From contig CAYXSY010000002.1 in NCBI GenBank assembly GCA_964467905.1, forward strand, positions 13,545 to 77,544: a DNA stretch of 64,000 nt, read 5' to 3'. Below the pieces are notes generated by a model. That model made no database searches. It saw nothing but the letters and a program-made list of their open reading frames with translations, and had not been told where the DNA came from. Made by a program: the position numbers and the translations under genes. Within the stretch, counting starts at the first letter, position 1; every line of letters begins with the position of its first letter. Below, in pieces: positions 28,565 through 39,700 of this stretch. The stretch comes from an uncultured Planctomycetales bacterium (GTDB lineage: Bacteria > Omnitrophota > Gorgyraeia > Gygaellales > Profunditerraquicolaceae).

Positions 28565-29026
28565 ATGAAGAACATAGGTGCACTATTGCGGGCTAAAAGG
28601 AAAGAGGCTGGCTTTACTGCGGAACTATTGGCGCAGATGGCGGGTGTTGATAGGACGTATATTACAAAAATTGAAAAACACAACAAGCTTCCTACTTTGG
28701 CAATAATGCGGGTTATCTGCGATAAGTTATATGATGCTGAAGATTTATTCAGAGATTACCTTAAAATAAAATATCCTGCCCAGTATGAAAAACTAGAAAA
28801 AGAAAAGGCAACCCGTGAAATTGGATACCTAGGCCGTGAGTTTAACGAAATAAAAAAAGCGGTTGAAAAGATTAACAAAGCGGGAATAACCCCTAAAGAA
28901 TTGAGTAACTTGAAGAAACGAATATTCTTTTTTGGAAATGATGTGAATAGATCGGTAACTAGATTGCAGTATTATATGGATGAATTACGGAAAATGAAAA
29001 AGATTGCATCCAAACTTAAAAAATAG
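28565..29026 (+). CDS. XRE-family HTH regulator (cI-like)
   Basis: LRAKRKEAGFTAELLAQMAGVDRTYITKIEKHNKLPTLAIM is an HTH_3/XRE motif. It is divergent from xis-int. Confidence 0.85.
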   Translation: MKNIGALLRAKRKEAGFTAELLAQMAGVDRTYITKIEKHNKLPTLAIMRVICDKLYDAEDLFRDYLKIKYPAQYEKLEKEKATREIGYLGREFNEIKKAVEKINKAGITPKELSNLKKRIFFFGNDVNRSVTRLQYYMDELRKMKKIASKLKK

Positions 29027-29109
29027 CCTCTTAAGTAGAATAAGATTCCTTACATACCACTTGGTAATCCAGACAAATATCCAAGGAAAAACAAGGTATC
29101 TCTCAAAGT

Positions 29110-29144
29110 GAGTCCCGAAAGCAAGCTTCTAACTTTCGGGACTC
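29110..29144. terminator. 12-bp perfect-stem hairpin between convergent genes
   Basis: GAGTCCCGAAAG...CTTTCGGGACTC. There is no clear T-run, so the terminator function is tentative. Confidence 0.4.
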
Positions 29145-29190
29145 TTACCGGATGTTGGCACCGGTTTCAGGCAGGATGGGGTAACCCGCC

Positions 29191-29430
29191 CTATTTTATT
29201 CTCTCATTCATATCCAACAGCAGCTTAATCATCACTGAGGCAGTCAAAAATACGAAAAAATAGAACGCGCCGACTATCAGGGTAACCACGCCCATCCATG
29301 GCGGCGTATCAGGCTGGCCTATGCCGGAAAAGATTATCAACGAGCTAATTACGCCTAACCCCGCGGCTGTCCAAGCTACGACTTTGAAAATCGTCACTGC
29401 CACACGCAATACCTTGTAATTTCCGTTCAT
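29191..29430 (-). CDS. small two-TM membrane protein, last gene of the giant-ORF operon
   Basis: Two hydrophobic helices, with a GGAGG-like site upstream (GAGGGAGGAAGAAG). Confidence 0.55.
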   Translation of the reverse strand: MNGNYKVLRVAVTIFKVVAWTAAGLGVISSLIIFSGIGQPDTPPWMGVVTLIVGAFYFFVFLTASVMIKLLLDMNERIK

Positions 29431-29452
29431 CTTCTTCCTCCCTCTTCTTGCT

Positions 29453-30703
29453 TTAGAGCTTGCTAAGCAGCATCCGCTCAGTCCGATCTACGGAATTAAG
29501 ATTCTGCATACTGAGCCCGGTTTCCCTTACCGGCCTTATGGCAGGCAAGTCTTTAGCCAGCACTATTGAGCCCTCCTCCAGGGAATTATCCGTGCTTAAT
29601 TGAAGCTGATTCTTAGCGTACATTAAAGGCTGCCGCTCATCCTGCGGAATGAATAAGTCGCAGGTAAACATAACCCCAGAGGCGTCCTGCGCCTGCGGTT
29701 CTGCATAGGTCCTGACTGTCCGGATATTCCTAAAGTCTACGCCACCGCTAAAGTAGTGCCTGGTTACGGCATAAAATGGTCCTGATAAATAGTCGTTTTC
29801 AACAAACGAATACTCTCCTTCTTTTAAGGACTTAAGGTAATCTTGGTAAACCTGCTTAGGAGCATAGGTATCGCTTGCTTCTATGCCTACTAGGGCATTA
29901 TAGCTGGCCTGCCTTAATAAGGGCTCGGTTGAAGGGCTGAACTTCTCTTTATACCACGCTGCCAGGATTAAGGCATTATACGCCTCCCTTAAATCCGCAT
30001 AGCCGTAGGATTCGTTTACTTTTCTGTTTAACTCAGGCAGAATCATCTCCTGCATAAGCTTAGAGGTAAAATTATCCATTTCTTCTTCTCTTTTGTCTTT
30101 TACCTTAGCTTTTCTGGAAAGATACGCCGGCTCAAGGCAGACTTTGAGTTTGGCTTTGATAATGGAGAATTGATTTCTCTCTTCGTAGACCGTTACTTCA
30201 TCCGGAACAATCCAAAGCCGGGTGGACACCGAGATTTTATCCATCACGCCCAATTCCTGGGCTTTCTTATAGATACGCTGCCAGAATTCCCGGCCGGTTT
30301 TAGAGTTCTGCGGATTGGTCAGTTTCGCAGCATCTTCTTTTAACCTCAAATCGGCCTTAAGCATAACCCTGCCAAAGTCGGTCTCGCCTAAAATAGAGTC
30401 AACAATCCTGTTTGGCTCATCAGGATTGAGGTTAACCCAGAATACCTCTTGAGATAAGCCTAGGCTCACAAAAAAATACTCTAAATTATTCTGCACGGCT
30501 TTTCTAGCATCCAGGATCGGTTCAAAGTTACCGGGTTTTCTGCCCCGGATAACAAACCTTAAGTGATTAACCTTTCCTTGGCTGTCTACAACCAGCGAGC
30601 TAAAGACTGTCGAGCTTACCTCTGGCTCTTTTACATCTTCGCTAAAGGCAAAGGAAGCAGTAAGAAAAAACCCTAAAATAATCAGGAAAAGTATTTTCTT
30701 CAT
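29453..30703 (-). CDS. secreted protein of unknown function, translationally coupled to the giant ORF
   Basis: Signal peptide MKKILFLIILGFFLTASFAFS. Its start overlaps the giant ORF stop by 1 nt. Confidence 0.65.
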   Translation of the reverse strand: MKKILFLIILGFFLTASFAFSEDVKEPEVSSTVFSSLVVDSQGKVNHLRFVIRGRKPGNFEPILDARKAVQNNLEYFFVSLGLSQEVFWVNLNPDEPNRIVDSILGETDFGRVMLKADLRLKEDAAKLTNPQNSKTGREFWQRIYKKAQELGVMDKISVSTRLWIVPDEVTVYEERNQFSIIKAKLKVCLEPAYLSRKAKVKDKREEEMDNFTSKLMQEMILPELNRKVNESYGYADLREAYNALILAAWYKEKFSPSTEPLLRQASYNALVGIEASDTYAPKQVYQDYLKSLKEGEYSFVENDYLSGPFYAVTRHYFSGGVDFRNIRTVRTYAEPQAQDASGVMFTCDLFIPQDERQPLMYAKNQLQLSTDNSLEEGSIVLAKDLPAIRPVRETGLSMQNLNSVDRTERMLLSKL

Positions 30704-33700
30704 TACGCCATACCTTCCAGTTCTTTATTGGCTTTATCCAGCTCTTCTAAGTACTGGGTATCTACCTTAGTTTTTTCAATGGGCTTAAAGATTATTTCCT
30801 TGATTTTTCCTTCATCATCCAGCTCGATATTGCCTTTCTCATCGGTTTTGGCTGCGATATATTCTTTTACCTCAGCCGGTAAGGAAGCATAGAATTTCGG
30901 CTCTTTGGCCAAGACAGCTACAATTAAGCCTAAGCTGGAAAGGGTTTGGGTTTCCTCGCCGCGCCGCACCAGCACATCCACCTTTTTGCCCCAGTACCTC
31001 ACGTTATCCTCAAAGATAATTCTTACGGAGCCTGCGATTAGATAGGGTTCTAATGTCTTGATTAAATAATCTTCGGGTATATCTGGGATTGCTACCATCT
31101 TCTTAAGCAGATCTTCAGTAAGACCTAAAACCTTGATGATTTTCTGCTTATTTAACCGGGGATTAATATTAATTAACCTCACACGCAGGTTCTTAGGGAT
31201 CTGCTTTTTCTCCTGAGCCTGGTATAAAGAGGCAAGCGCCTCTGTAAAGCCTAATCCTTTTAGCTGAGGCGCGCCCTTTGAAGTATCAATTAAGGTATCC
31301 ACATCCACTTCCAAAGTTAGACCGCTGTAGGCTTGGCTTAAGCTGTTTATCGCATAAATAGCATTCCGGCTTAAGCCCATATTCCCGCTTTGATTAACAG
31401 TAAAGAACGTTTTAGCAAAAGGATCCAGCTGTGCCTGAGGAATACTTTCCGGCGTGGGAGAAACAGAAGGAATAAAATTAGGAGTAGTGGTTGAAGCCAT
31501 TTGCCCCTGCTGTAGAGAACCAAGGGCTTCTTCGATATTATCTAAATCAGCTAAAACAATATTTTCAAAATATTCCGGCCTTAAACCTTGCTGGATTAAG
31601 CCCGGATGCAGCTCGTTTCTTGCCCTGGCATGATAGAGAAGCGAACCTGCGCCGCCGTAATCCAAGGCAATGACTTTTCTGCCTGCCTCCAAGGCAGCAA
31701 TAGCCTCATGTAGTGTGCCTCCCCTACCGTTTAAGATGATAACCACATCGGCAACTTTTCCCATGCCGATCCGGCGCTCAAACATATCCCGGCCAAAGTG
31801 AACGGTTTCTACCTTTCGCGGACCAAAAGCACTATATTCGTAATCCGCATCCATATCCTCAGGCAGAAGCGCAAAGAATCTGTCATCTTTACCTTGAGAT
31901 TCCTCAAGCGCTCCCCTGTAGACATCTACCCCGACGCCGGCAACGCCGCCCGTAAACACAAAACCGCCTTCACCGACAAATCTTCTGAGTCTTCTGCCTA
32001 ATTCCATTCCTATTTTTTGGGAATATCCTCTTGCCGGAATAGTTGCGCCGATTACACCTATCCTTATGCCTGGATACTGTTCTCTTATGCCCTGCGCTGC
32101 AGAATCAAAATCATAAGGCTTTAATACGCGCCTTACAGGCCGTACAGTAAGTGCCGGCGTTTTTTCTCGAGGCTTTGCTGATTGCGCAGAAACATTTGGC
32201 TGGGGTTCTTCTTTAAAATCTTCTTCGTTTTCCGGCCGGTCAGACGCAAATATCCTGTTCCTAAAAATCAAAACCGTGGCAATTATCCCTGCCAAACAAC
32301 CCACTATAAAACTGGTAAAAGGATCCGTATTTTCCAATACGCCGCTTCCTCCCGCTGCCAGAAACGGCAGGAAGTTGAAAGAATTCAGTTTTACCAGTTC
32401 CGGCTTGGCTTGAGGTTTTGGAGTTTCCGCCGGGCTGCTGGACAGAGAATTTATAAATTCAGCCAAAAGCTGATTGCTACCCTGCCAGCCGCCCTGCGGA
32501 TAAAAGCTGATTCCTCCTCTTAGATAATGCAGGAACGGCCTTCCGCCTACAGAAAACACCCTGGCGCTCTTAAGCATCATATCGCGGTCATCGCCGTCTT
32601 CCTCAAAGCTGTTGCCTAAGATTAAAACTTCTCCCGGCTTAGGTTCAAAACCAAACCTGTCTTTGCATACGGTTGTTAAATGGTATTTAACCGCGATAGA
32701 CTTGTCTACTCCCTTTATGGTCATGCGTATTGAGGTACGGCCTATCTCTTTTAAGACAATCGGAAGCTGCTCGCGCCCCAAGGCAGCCTGCAGACGCTTA
32801 CGGATCTCCCGGCGCAGGAATCCCCTTTCCTTTAACCGGATAATTATCTGGCTTCCGGCATCAATAAGCCTGGCAGGGCCGGCGACAACCTGACCTTTCT
32901 TATTCTTAGCTTCCCTATCCAGGCCGTATTCCTTGAATATGGAATCTATGGCTTTACGCCAAGACTGCATCTGGCGCTCAGCAAGCTCGCTGCCTGCGGT
33001 ATTATAAAGCGGCTGGGGCAAAGTATTGCCGTGCTTATCAAAACCGTAGGCCTGGCTGCCGGTAGCTGCGTAAATAGTCAGATTGGAAAGCAATGCCTTG
33101 TTCTGCGCCGGAACCTGGCTTAAAAGGTATCTCTCTACCTCTTTGTAGCTTTGCGTAGTCACAATAGCTACCTGTACGCCTAAGCCTAAAAGATAAAGCA
33201 GTTTTTCCATTACCGGCTTGGGTACTTCTTCCAGGGTATTCGCCAAGGTGCCGTCTAAATCTGAGACAACTGCTTTGTACGGAAGATTTACCAAGTCATT
33301 AGGCTTAGCGGGAATTTTAAGCCTTTGCTGATAAATTCCTTTAATGCGCCCGTATTCCCTGCGGACATTCTCGTTAAGCGCATCGGATAAGCTTACGCCT
33401 GTCGCATCCACATTAAAGATTAATCTTTGGATATGCGAGGTATCGTCAAAATAAGCCGGCAGATGATGCATCTTTTTGCCTTTAGTAATCCAGCTGCGCA
33501 TGAATACCGGAACGTCTTCATCCAGCATGGCGGAATTGACAAAAATCATTGCCGGCTGCACCACGTCATCTGCGGAAATAGCTCTTACCCTGCGCACTTC
33601 CTGGCGGTCCTCCCTGATTACCAACTCCAAGCCGCCGGGATTCCAAAAACCTACGTCATATAGATACCGCCTGGTTTTAACTGTTGGATCAAAAAGCCGC

Positions 33701-36700
33701 AGCAGGCGGCGGCGAAGCGTCTTGTAATCGCCTTTTTTCATTAAATCTCGGATAAAATGCCCGCTGGTTTTGACATTGCGCTTAAACATCTGCTCCTGGC
33801 CTCTTGAGACAATATCATTTACGGCAATGATTAAATTACGGTATCCTACATAGGCGTCAGGATAACGGCCGGACTTTCTGTCCTTGGGCCTGGCTAAGAG
33901 ATGCTGCGTGCCGTCCACCACGATAATCACCGGCTGCTCGTTTAAGATGCGGTCATAAAGATTGGCGCTGAAAAGGTCCGGCTTTACCAGAGTAGGATGC
34001 TCGTGGGATTCGCTGGAGCCGATTCTGGCGTAGTGCACCTCAATGCCGTCTTTGGCTAAATCCCTTAATAATGGGCTGACTGCAAACCTGCCGTAGCTTA
34101 AGTTCGGCACCACCCAGACGGCTCTTCCCATCTTATCCGCCTGCCTCTTGACTTGTAAGATAAACTCTCTTAAACGATAGGCTTCGTAGGCTGCGAATTT
34201 AACCTCGGCTTTTTCCCTGCCGTCAACACTGGCATGCTTAGCGCCGTTGTTAAAATTCTTCAATATCTCCAGATATTCGGCATAGCTGTATCTATGGGTC
34301 TGTTTTAAGGTCCTGTCTACCAGTTCCCGGAAAGTCGTATACTCTAAATTAACATGCAGCTCATTCTTAGGATTAAAGGCGACATCGCCTGTCTTAAATT
34401 TCCTTCTGATTTCCTGCCAAGTCAGTACGGCAGAATCAATTTTCGCCTTTGTACCCTGTTTAATTAATTCGGCCAGTAAATATCTTGTCGGCTCAAAACC
34501 TGCCAAACAGAGTTCCTGCAGGGCATATATCCCAAGTTTAAAATCGCTTAAATCCTTAGTTAAATTTACAACCTCGGGAAGCATTTTGGCTAAGGCAAAG
34601 GTGGGATTCCTACCGGATTTAAGCAGATTAATTCCTAAAAGCATTGCCTCATTTAATTCATCAATACTTCGTGTATTTCTTTCCACTTGGGGCATAATAT
34701 TTTTTAAAAGCTCATGATAATCGTAGTGCTTATCCTGCAAAGTCAAAGCAAATCTCTCGGCAAGATTTAAGCTGTTTGCAAATTGTTTTTCATCCCCGGC
34801 CTTTGCAGAAATCGCAGGCAGGCAGTATTTAAACACATGGCGCGGATTAATCTTGGCTTTTCTGAGGCGCGCTGCTGCATTATTTATCTCCTGAATGCGT
34901 TTATCCTGAATGCCCTTGGATAGAACCGGCAGCATATTTATAAAGAGCTGGTATGGCTCGATGCTTTGGATTTTCTTCCAGCTGACATGGCGGGATATCT
35001 CCCTGAATAGAAATATGCGCTCTTTTCTTTCCAAGAAACTCACCGCTCTTATTATTTCCCTGTAAAGGCGGCCGGTCTTATAAAGCTTAATTGCGGAAAC
35101 CGTACTTACGAAGATAAAGGCTAAACCCAAAGTAGCTATGCCTGCATAAAGAAGCGGCATCTTGGAAGCATCATATAGGCCTTCCAAGGACGCGCCGAAA
35201 CTCTGCCAGAGATCAGGCAGGCTTAAGGAGCCGATGAACGCAGACAATGGCGAACTTACTGTAGTACTGCCAGCCCTGTGTATAATCTCTCCCAAGAGCT
35301 GGTCTGTGCCGCGCCAGCCATGATGCGGATAATCTTCTACGCCTGCGGGAAGGCCTTTTTCTTTTCCTACGGAAACAACCCGCGCGCCTGCTGTTACCAT
35401 CGGCTGATCGCTTCCAGCCTGGGCGAACCTGTCTCCTACAATAAGCAACTTTGATAAATCTACCGGGCGGTTAAGCCGCGAAGGAAAAACCTGACCTAAG
35501 AAATTATCCTTGGCGCTGCCTTTATCCGCGCCCTTTAACACAACATGTATGGTAGATGTGCCTGAATATTCAGTCTGAAAAGGTAGGTTATTTGCGGCGA
35601 TCAATTGGACTAAAGTCGTATTTACCAGATCGCGTTTGTCTTTATGTTTATCCAAATGGATGCTTAGCTGCGCGCCGCGGTCAATTACTTTGACTGAGCC
35701 GTTAAGGGTGCCCAGCGCCTGGTTAATGAGATTTCGGATTAAAGCGCACTGCTCGCCAGTAACATCTGTTTGGGACCTGTCGCTGACAAGGATAGGATTG
35801 GCTTTGCCGTCAAAATTATAAAGCTGTACACCCCGGTTGGCATAAAGGAATAAGTTACCTAAGTGCTGCTTTTTATCGACATCTACCCTGTCTAGTATAT
35901 GCTCTCTTACTTCATCAAGACTCTGTGAGGTAACTATCCCGATAATTACACCTGATGAAAGAAGATAAATAAGCTTATCCAGCAAAGCCTTGTCTATGTC
36001 TTTTAGGGTATCAGTAAGCGTGCCGTCTAAATCAAAGAGCATGGCTTCGTAGGTGTTGCGCACAGCCTCCGGTGTCGGTTCTTTATATTCAACCTGGGGA
36101 AGCTTTCCTTTGTAAAAACCTTTGAGCTGCTGGGAGGCCCTGGTAGTCTCAAATTCCAAGGCATGCGTTAGATAGAGACCTCTTCCGTTGACAGCCAAGG
36201 CGTTCTGCTGGATCTGCCCCCGGTCGTCAAAGAAAGCCGGCTCATGCGTTCCTTCAAGGCCGGACCATTTCTTGATATCCTTAGGGATATCCTCATCCAA
36301 TAGCGGCGAATTAATAAAGATAAGCGCGGGAGAATCCAAATGCTCAGGGTCAAACGGGGTAACATTCTGCACCTCTTGGCGCGCTTCCCGGATTACCAGC
36401 TGCAGGCCGCCGGGATTCCAAAACTCTAAGCGATACAAAGGTACATCCTGCCCAGAGTCAGAAGCCAGTGTTTTGAGCTTTGAAACAAGCGTATTATAAT
36501 CCGAGGAATTCTGTCTTAACTGGTTTAAGAAATCAGTGCTTATTCTTACCCGGTCATGGAACGCATCGGCATTTCCTCCGGATAAAACATCGTCTACCGC
36601 CACGATTAGATTGCGGTATCCTACATAGGCGTCAGGATAGCGTGAAGACTTTCTTTCGTTGGGCCGGGCCAAAAGATGTTTGGTGCCGTCAACAGCAATG

Positions 36701-39700
36701 ATTACTGGACGTTCCCGCAAAATCCTTTGGTACACATCATCAGTGAAAAGTCCCTGTTTGACTAACTGCGGATTGTTATGGCATTCGGTTGAGCCGACCT
36801 TGGCGTAATGTATCTCAATGCCAAGCCTGGCTAACTCATCTAAAATTGGGCTGACGGCAAACTTCCCATAACTTAAATTAGGCACGACCCAAACCGGCCT
36901 GCCGAGTTTGTCTGCTTTTTGTTTTACCGCAATAATGAACTCAAGCAAACGGTAGGCTTCATAAACTGCCAAGCGTATTTCGCCGGCTTCCTGATTGCCC
37001 AAACTGGAAGCGGATCCGGTCGAAGAATGGAACCCTTTGATAAATTCTTTATAGTCTTTATAAGAAGTTGATAAAGACACTTGGGGCGCGAGAGCGCGGT
37101 AGGTATTGTATTCTAAGTCTACATGGAGAGGGTTATTGGGGTCGAAACGGACTGCGCCGGACTTGAAATCCGAAAGCAGTTTTTTCCACTGCGCGATCTG
37201 CTCTGAGGCCTGACTTTGCGAGGTGGTTTTTTGCAGTGTTTCGATTAAAAGCCGGGTGGGATGAAGCCCGCCTAGAACCAGCTGGCGGATAATTCCCAGC
37301 CGCTCAACTTTTACATTAGCGTCTTTTGCTCCCTTAAAAGCATCTGGAACCACTGCGGTTAACAGCTCGCTAAGGGCCTGCTTGTTCTGTGAAACCGAGC
37401 CCTTAATAAACCCGCAGACCGCTTCAAAAACAGCCAAGCTGTCTATCAGCTTGCCCAGATTATTTGCTTCGAGGTTAACAGTCCTTATATCAACATTGTA
37501 CAGCTTAAGACCGGCTGCCAAACTTTCCAGCAGCGCAAGCCCTTTATCAAACTCAGCTTCATCTTTGGCTATTCTGGACACTAAAGGCACGCCGTGCTCA
37601 AGGATATACTGCGAATTAAACCCTGACTTGTTTAATTTATCCAGGAAAAGGGCGAGTTTTTCAATCTGCTTAATCTTGCTGGTTTTGGATATGCTGGGGA
37701 GATTTCTGGCGATAAGGCCAGCCGGATCATACATGCCGTAGCTTTCTCTGTAGGCAAGAGAAACTGCTATTCTTTTTAAAGTCAGACGCTCCCTAAAAGT
37801 AGTTGACCCGGCATAAGCTAGAAGCCTTTTGTATACCTTATTCACCTGGTGGTTTAAATTGACAAGCGTAATGGCGAGGATAACGCTACCTATGCCCAGC
37901 AGCACAGAAAGCCAGATATACGTATTGGCCAAGTATGACAGAAGATAAGCCGGGACTTTTTCTTTCCAGGGCTTGTCCTGGTTGAAGTCCCTTAAGGCCT
38001 GGGCAGCGCTATGGTGTTTCTCATAAGAAAAGAGGCTGCTCCTTGCCTCCTCTTCGGAGAGGAACATTGTACCTTTGGTTTCGGGATATAAACTCTCCAG
38101 GATCTGCCGAGCCGCATCGCGGGCGGCAATACTCTCAGATTGAAAAACAGGCTCGATTTTATTTTTGGGGACTTTTCTTTCGACAAGTTCATTAACGGCG
38201 ATGAGGCGTATTTCCTCATCGGGATGCGGGAGGCACTCAATAAAAAAGTCAATGGGATTGACACCCATAATAAGGTCTGAAGATACATAATTGGGACATT
38301 TTCTAAGCGCCTGCATTGCGGTTTTAGCCAATGCAACATTCTGGGAGCCGTCTGGCTCTTGGTAACGCACGACCCAGACTAGTTTTTCTGTTACGGCTCC
38401 CGTCAATGCGTGGTCTTTTTTGGAAAGCGCGTCAATAACCAAGGCCAGCTGGGCGGGTTTATCCCGGTAATTCTCCGGTGTAAACGGTTCCAATAGAATC
38501 CATCTGGAAGAACTATAAGAACCCTGGCAAAGCTCGTCTAATTTATTTATCGCTGCGGAATTTATATCAGGATAATAGTTCCCCCCTGATGAAGGCTCTA
38601 TAACTATACGTGCCAAAGCCTTAAGAAAATTTTCCCCTATACTTAAATTAGGTTTCTCTAGCACATCGCTGCTTAACGCATTGATAACCGTAAGAAGAGC
38701 CGCCGGATTATTCTGGTAATTCTCTGATGTAAATAATTCAGCTAATGTGAGCCTGCCGCCATAATAGCTTGAGAGGATTGAAACCGCTTTTTTGATAACA
38801 TCCGGATGTACTGAGCGGTCGGCATTGCTGTATAAAAGAACCTGTTTGGTTTTCTCAGTAAGATTATCGTCCCTGTTGGAAACTATCTGGTCTAAAATCT
38901 GAATGACTTTCTGCGGGTTTTCCTGGTACATTCCCAGAGTAATCGGTTCTGCTGCCGCAGGCGCAGGGGCAGGAGTAGTAATCACTTTTGTTTTCGGCGG
39001 AGGTGGCGGCACAGGAGGATGCGGAATCGGCTTTGAAACCTCTAAAGGTGCCAGTTCAACCATCTCCACCTTGCCTGATCCCGGCTTAAGAGGAATTTTC
39101 TCAAGCAACGCCTTTGCTTTCCTCACTGCGATTTGCCGGAAATCGTGTCCGCTGCCTAAAGCTACAACCTGTTCTAAAGCCGTTTTAACCTCAGGGGTAA
39201 CGCGCTCTCCCTGTTCCGTTGCTATGGCAATAATGGCTTCAGCTGCGCCATCGCGGCCGCGCCAGTCAGACCGAGATAAAGCCCGCTTGAACTTATTGAG
39301 TGCCTCATTGGTCTTAATACGATACAATGCACGTGCTGCCGGCGGGATAGTCCCGTCAAGATAATATCCGCCTTCTAAAACCGCATCGGTCACGATCCAA
39401 TAAAGTTTCGATATCAACCCCTGGTCGCTGACATTTGAATCTTTTATGGCTTCAAATACTGCCGGCAGGATGCAGCGGGCCAGGTAATTTTCCGGAGTCA
39501 AAGAATCAATTATCCGGTTTGTTCCGCCGTCAGAAAGCAGTATCGCCGCGACAGTCCTTACCACATCCGCATCATATGTCTCTCTGCCGGCATAGGCCTT
39601 GAAAGCCAGCCATTGCAGCGAATCCAATATAGCAGTAGAGTGCGATTTTGTCTTTGATACGGCATCCAGAACCTTCAAAAGGCGCACAGCCTTATTCAAC

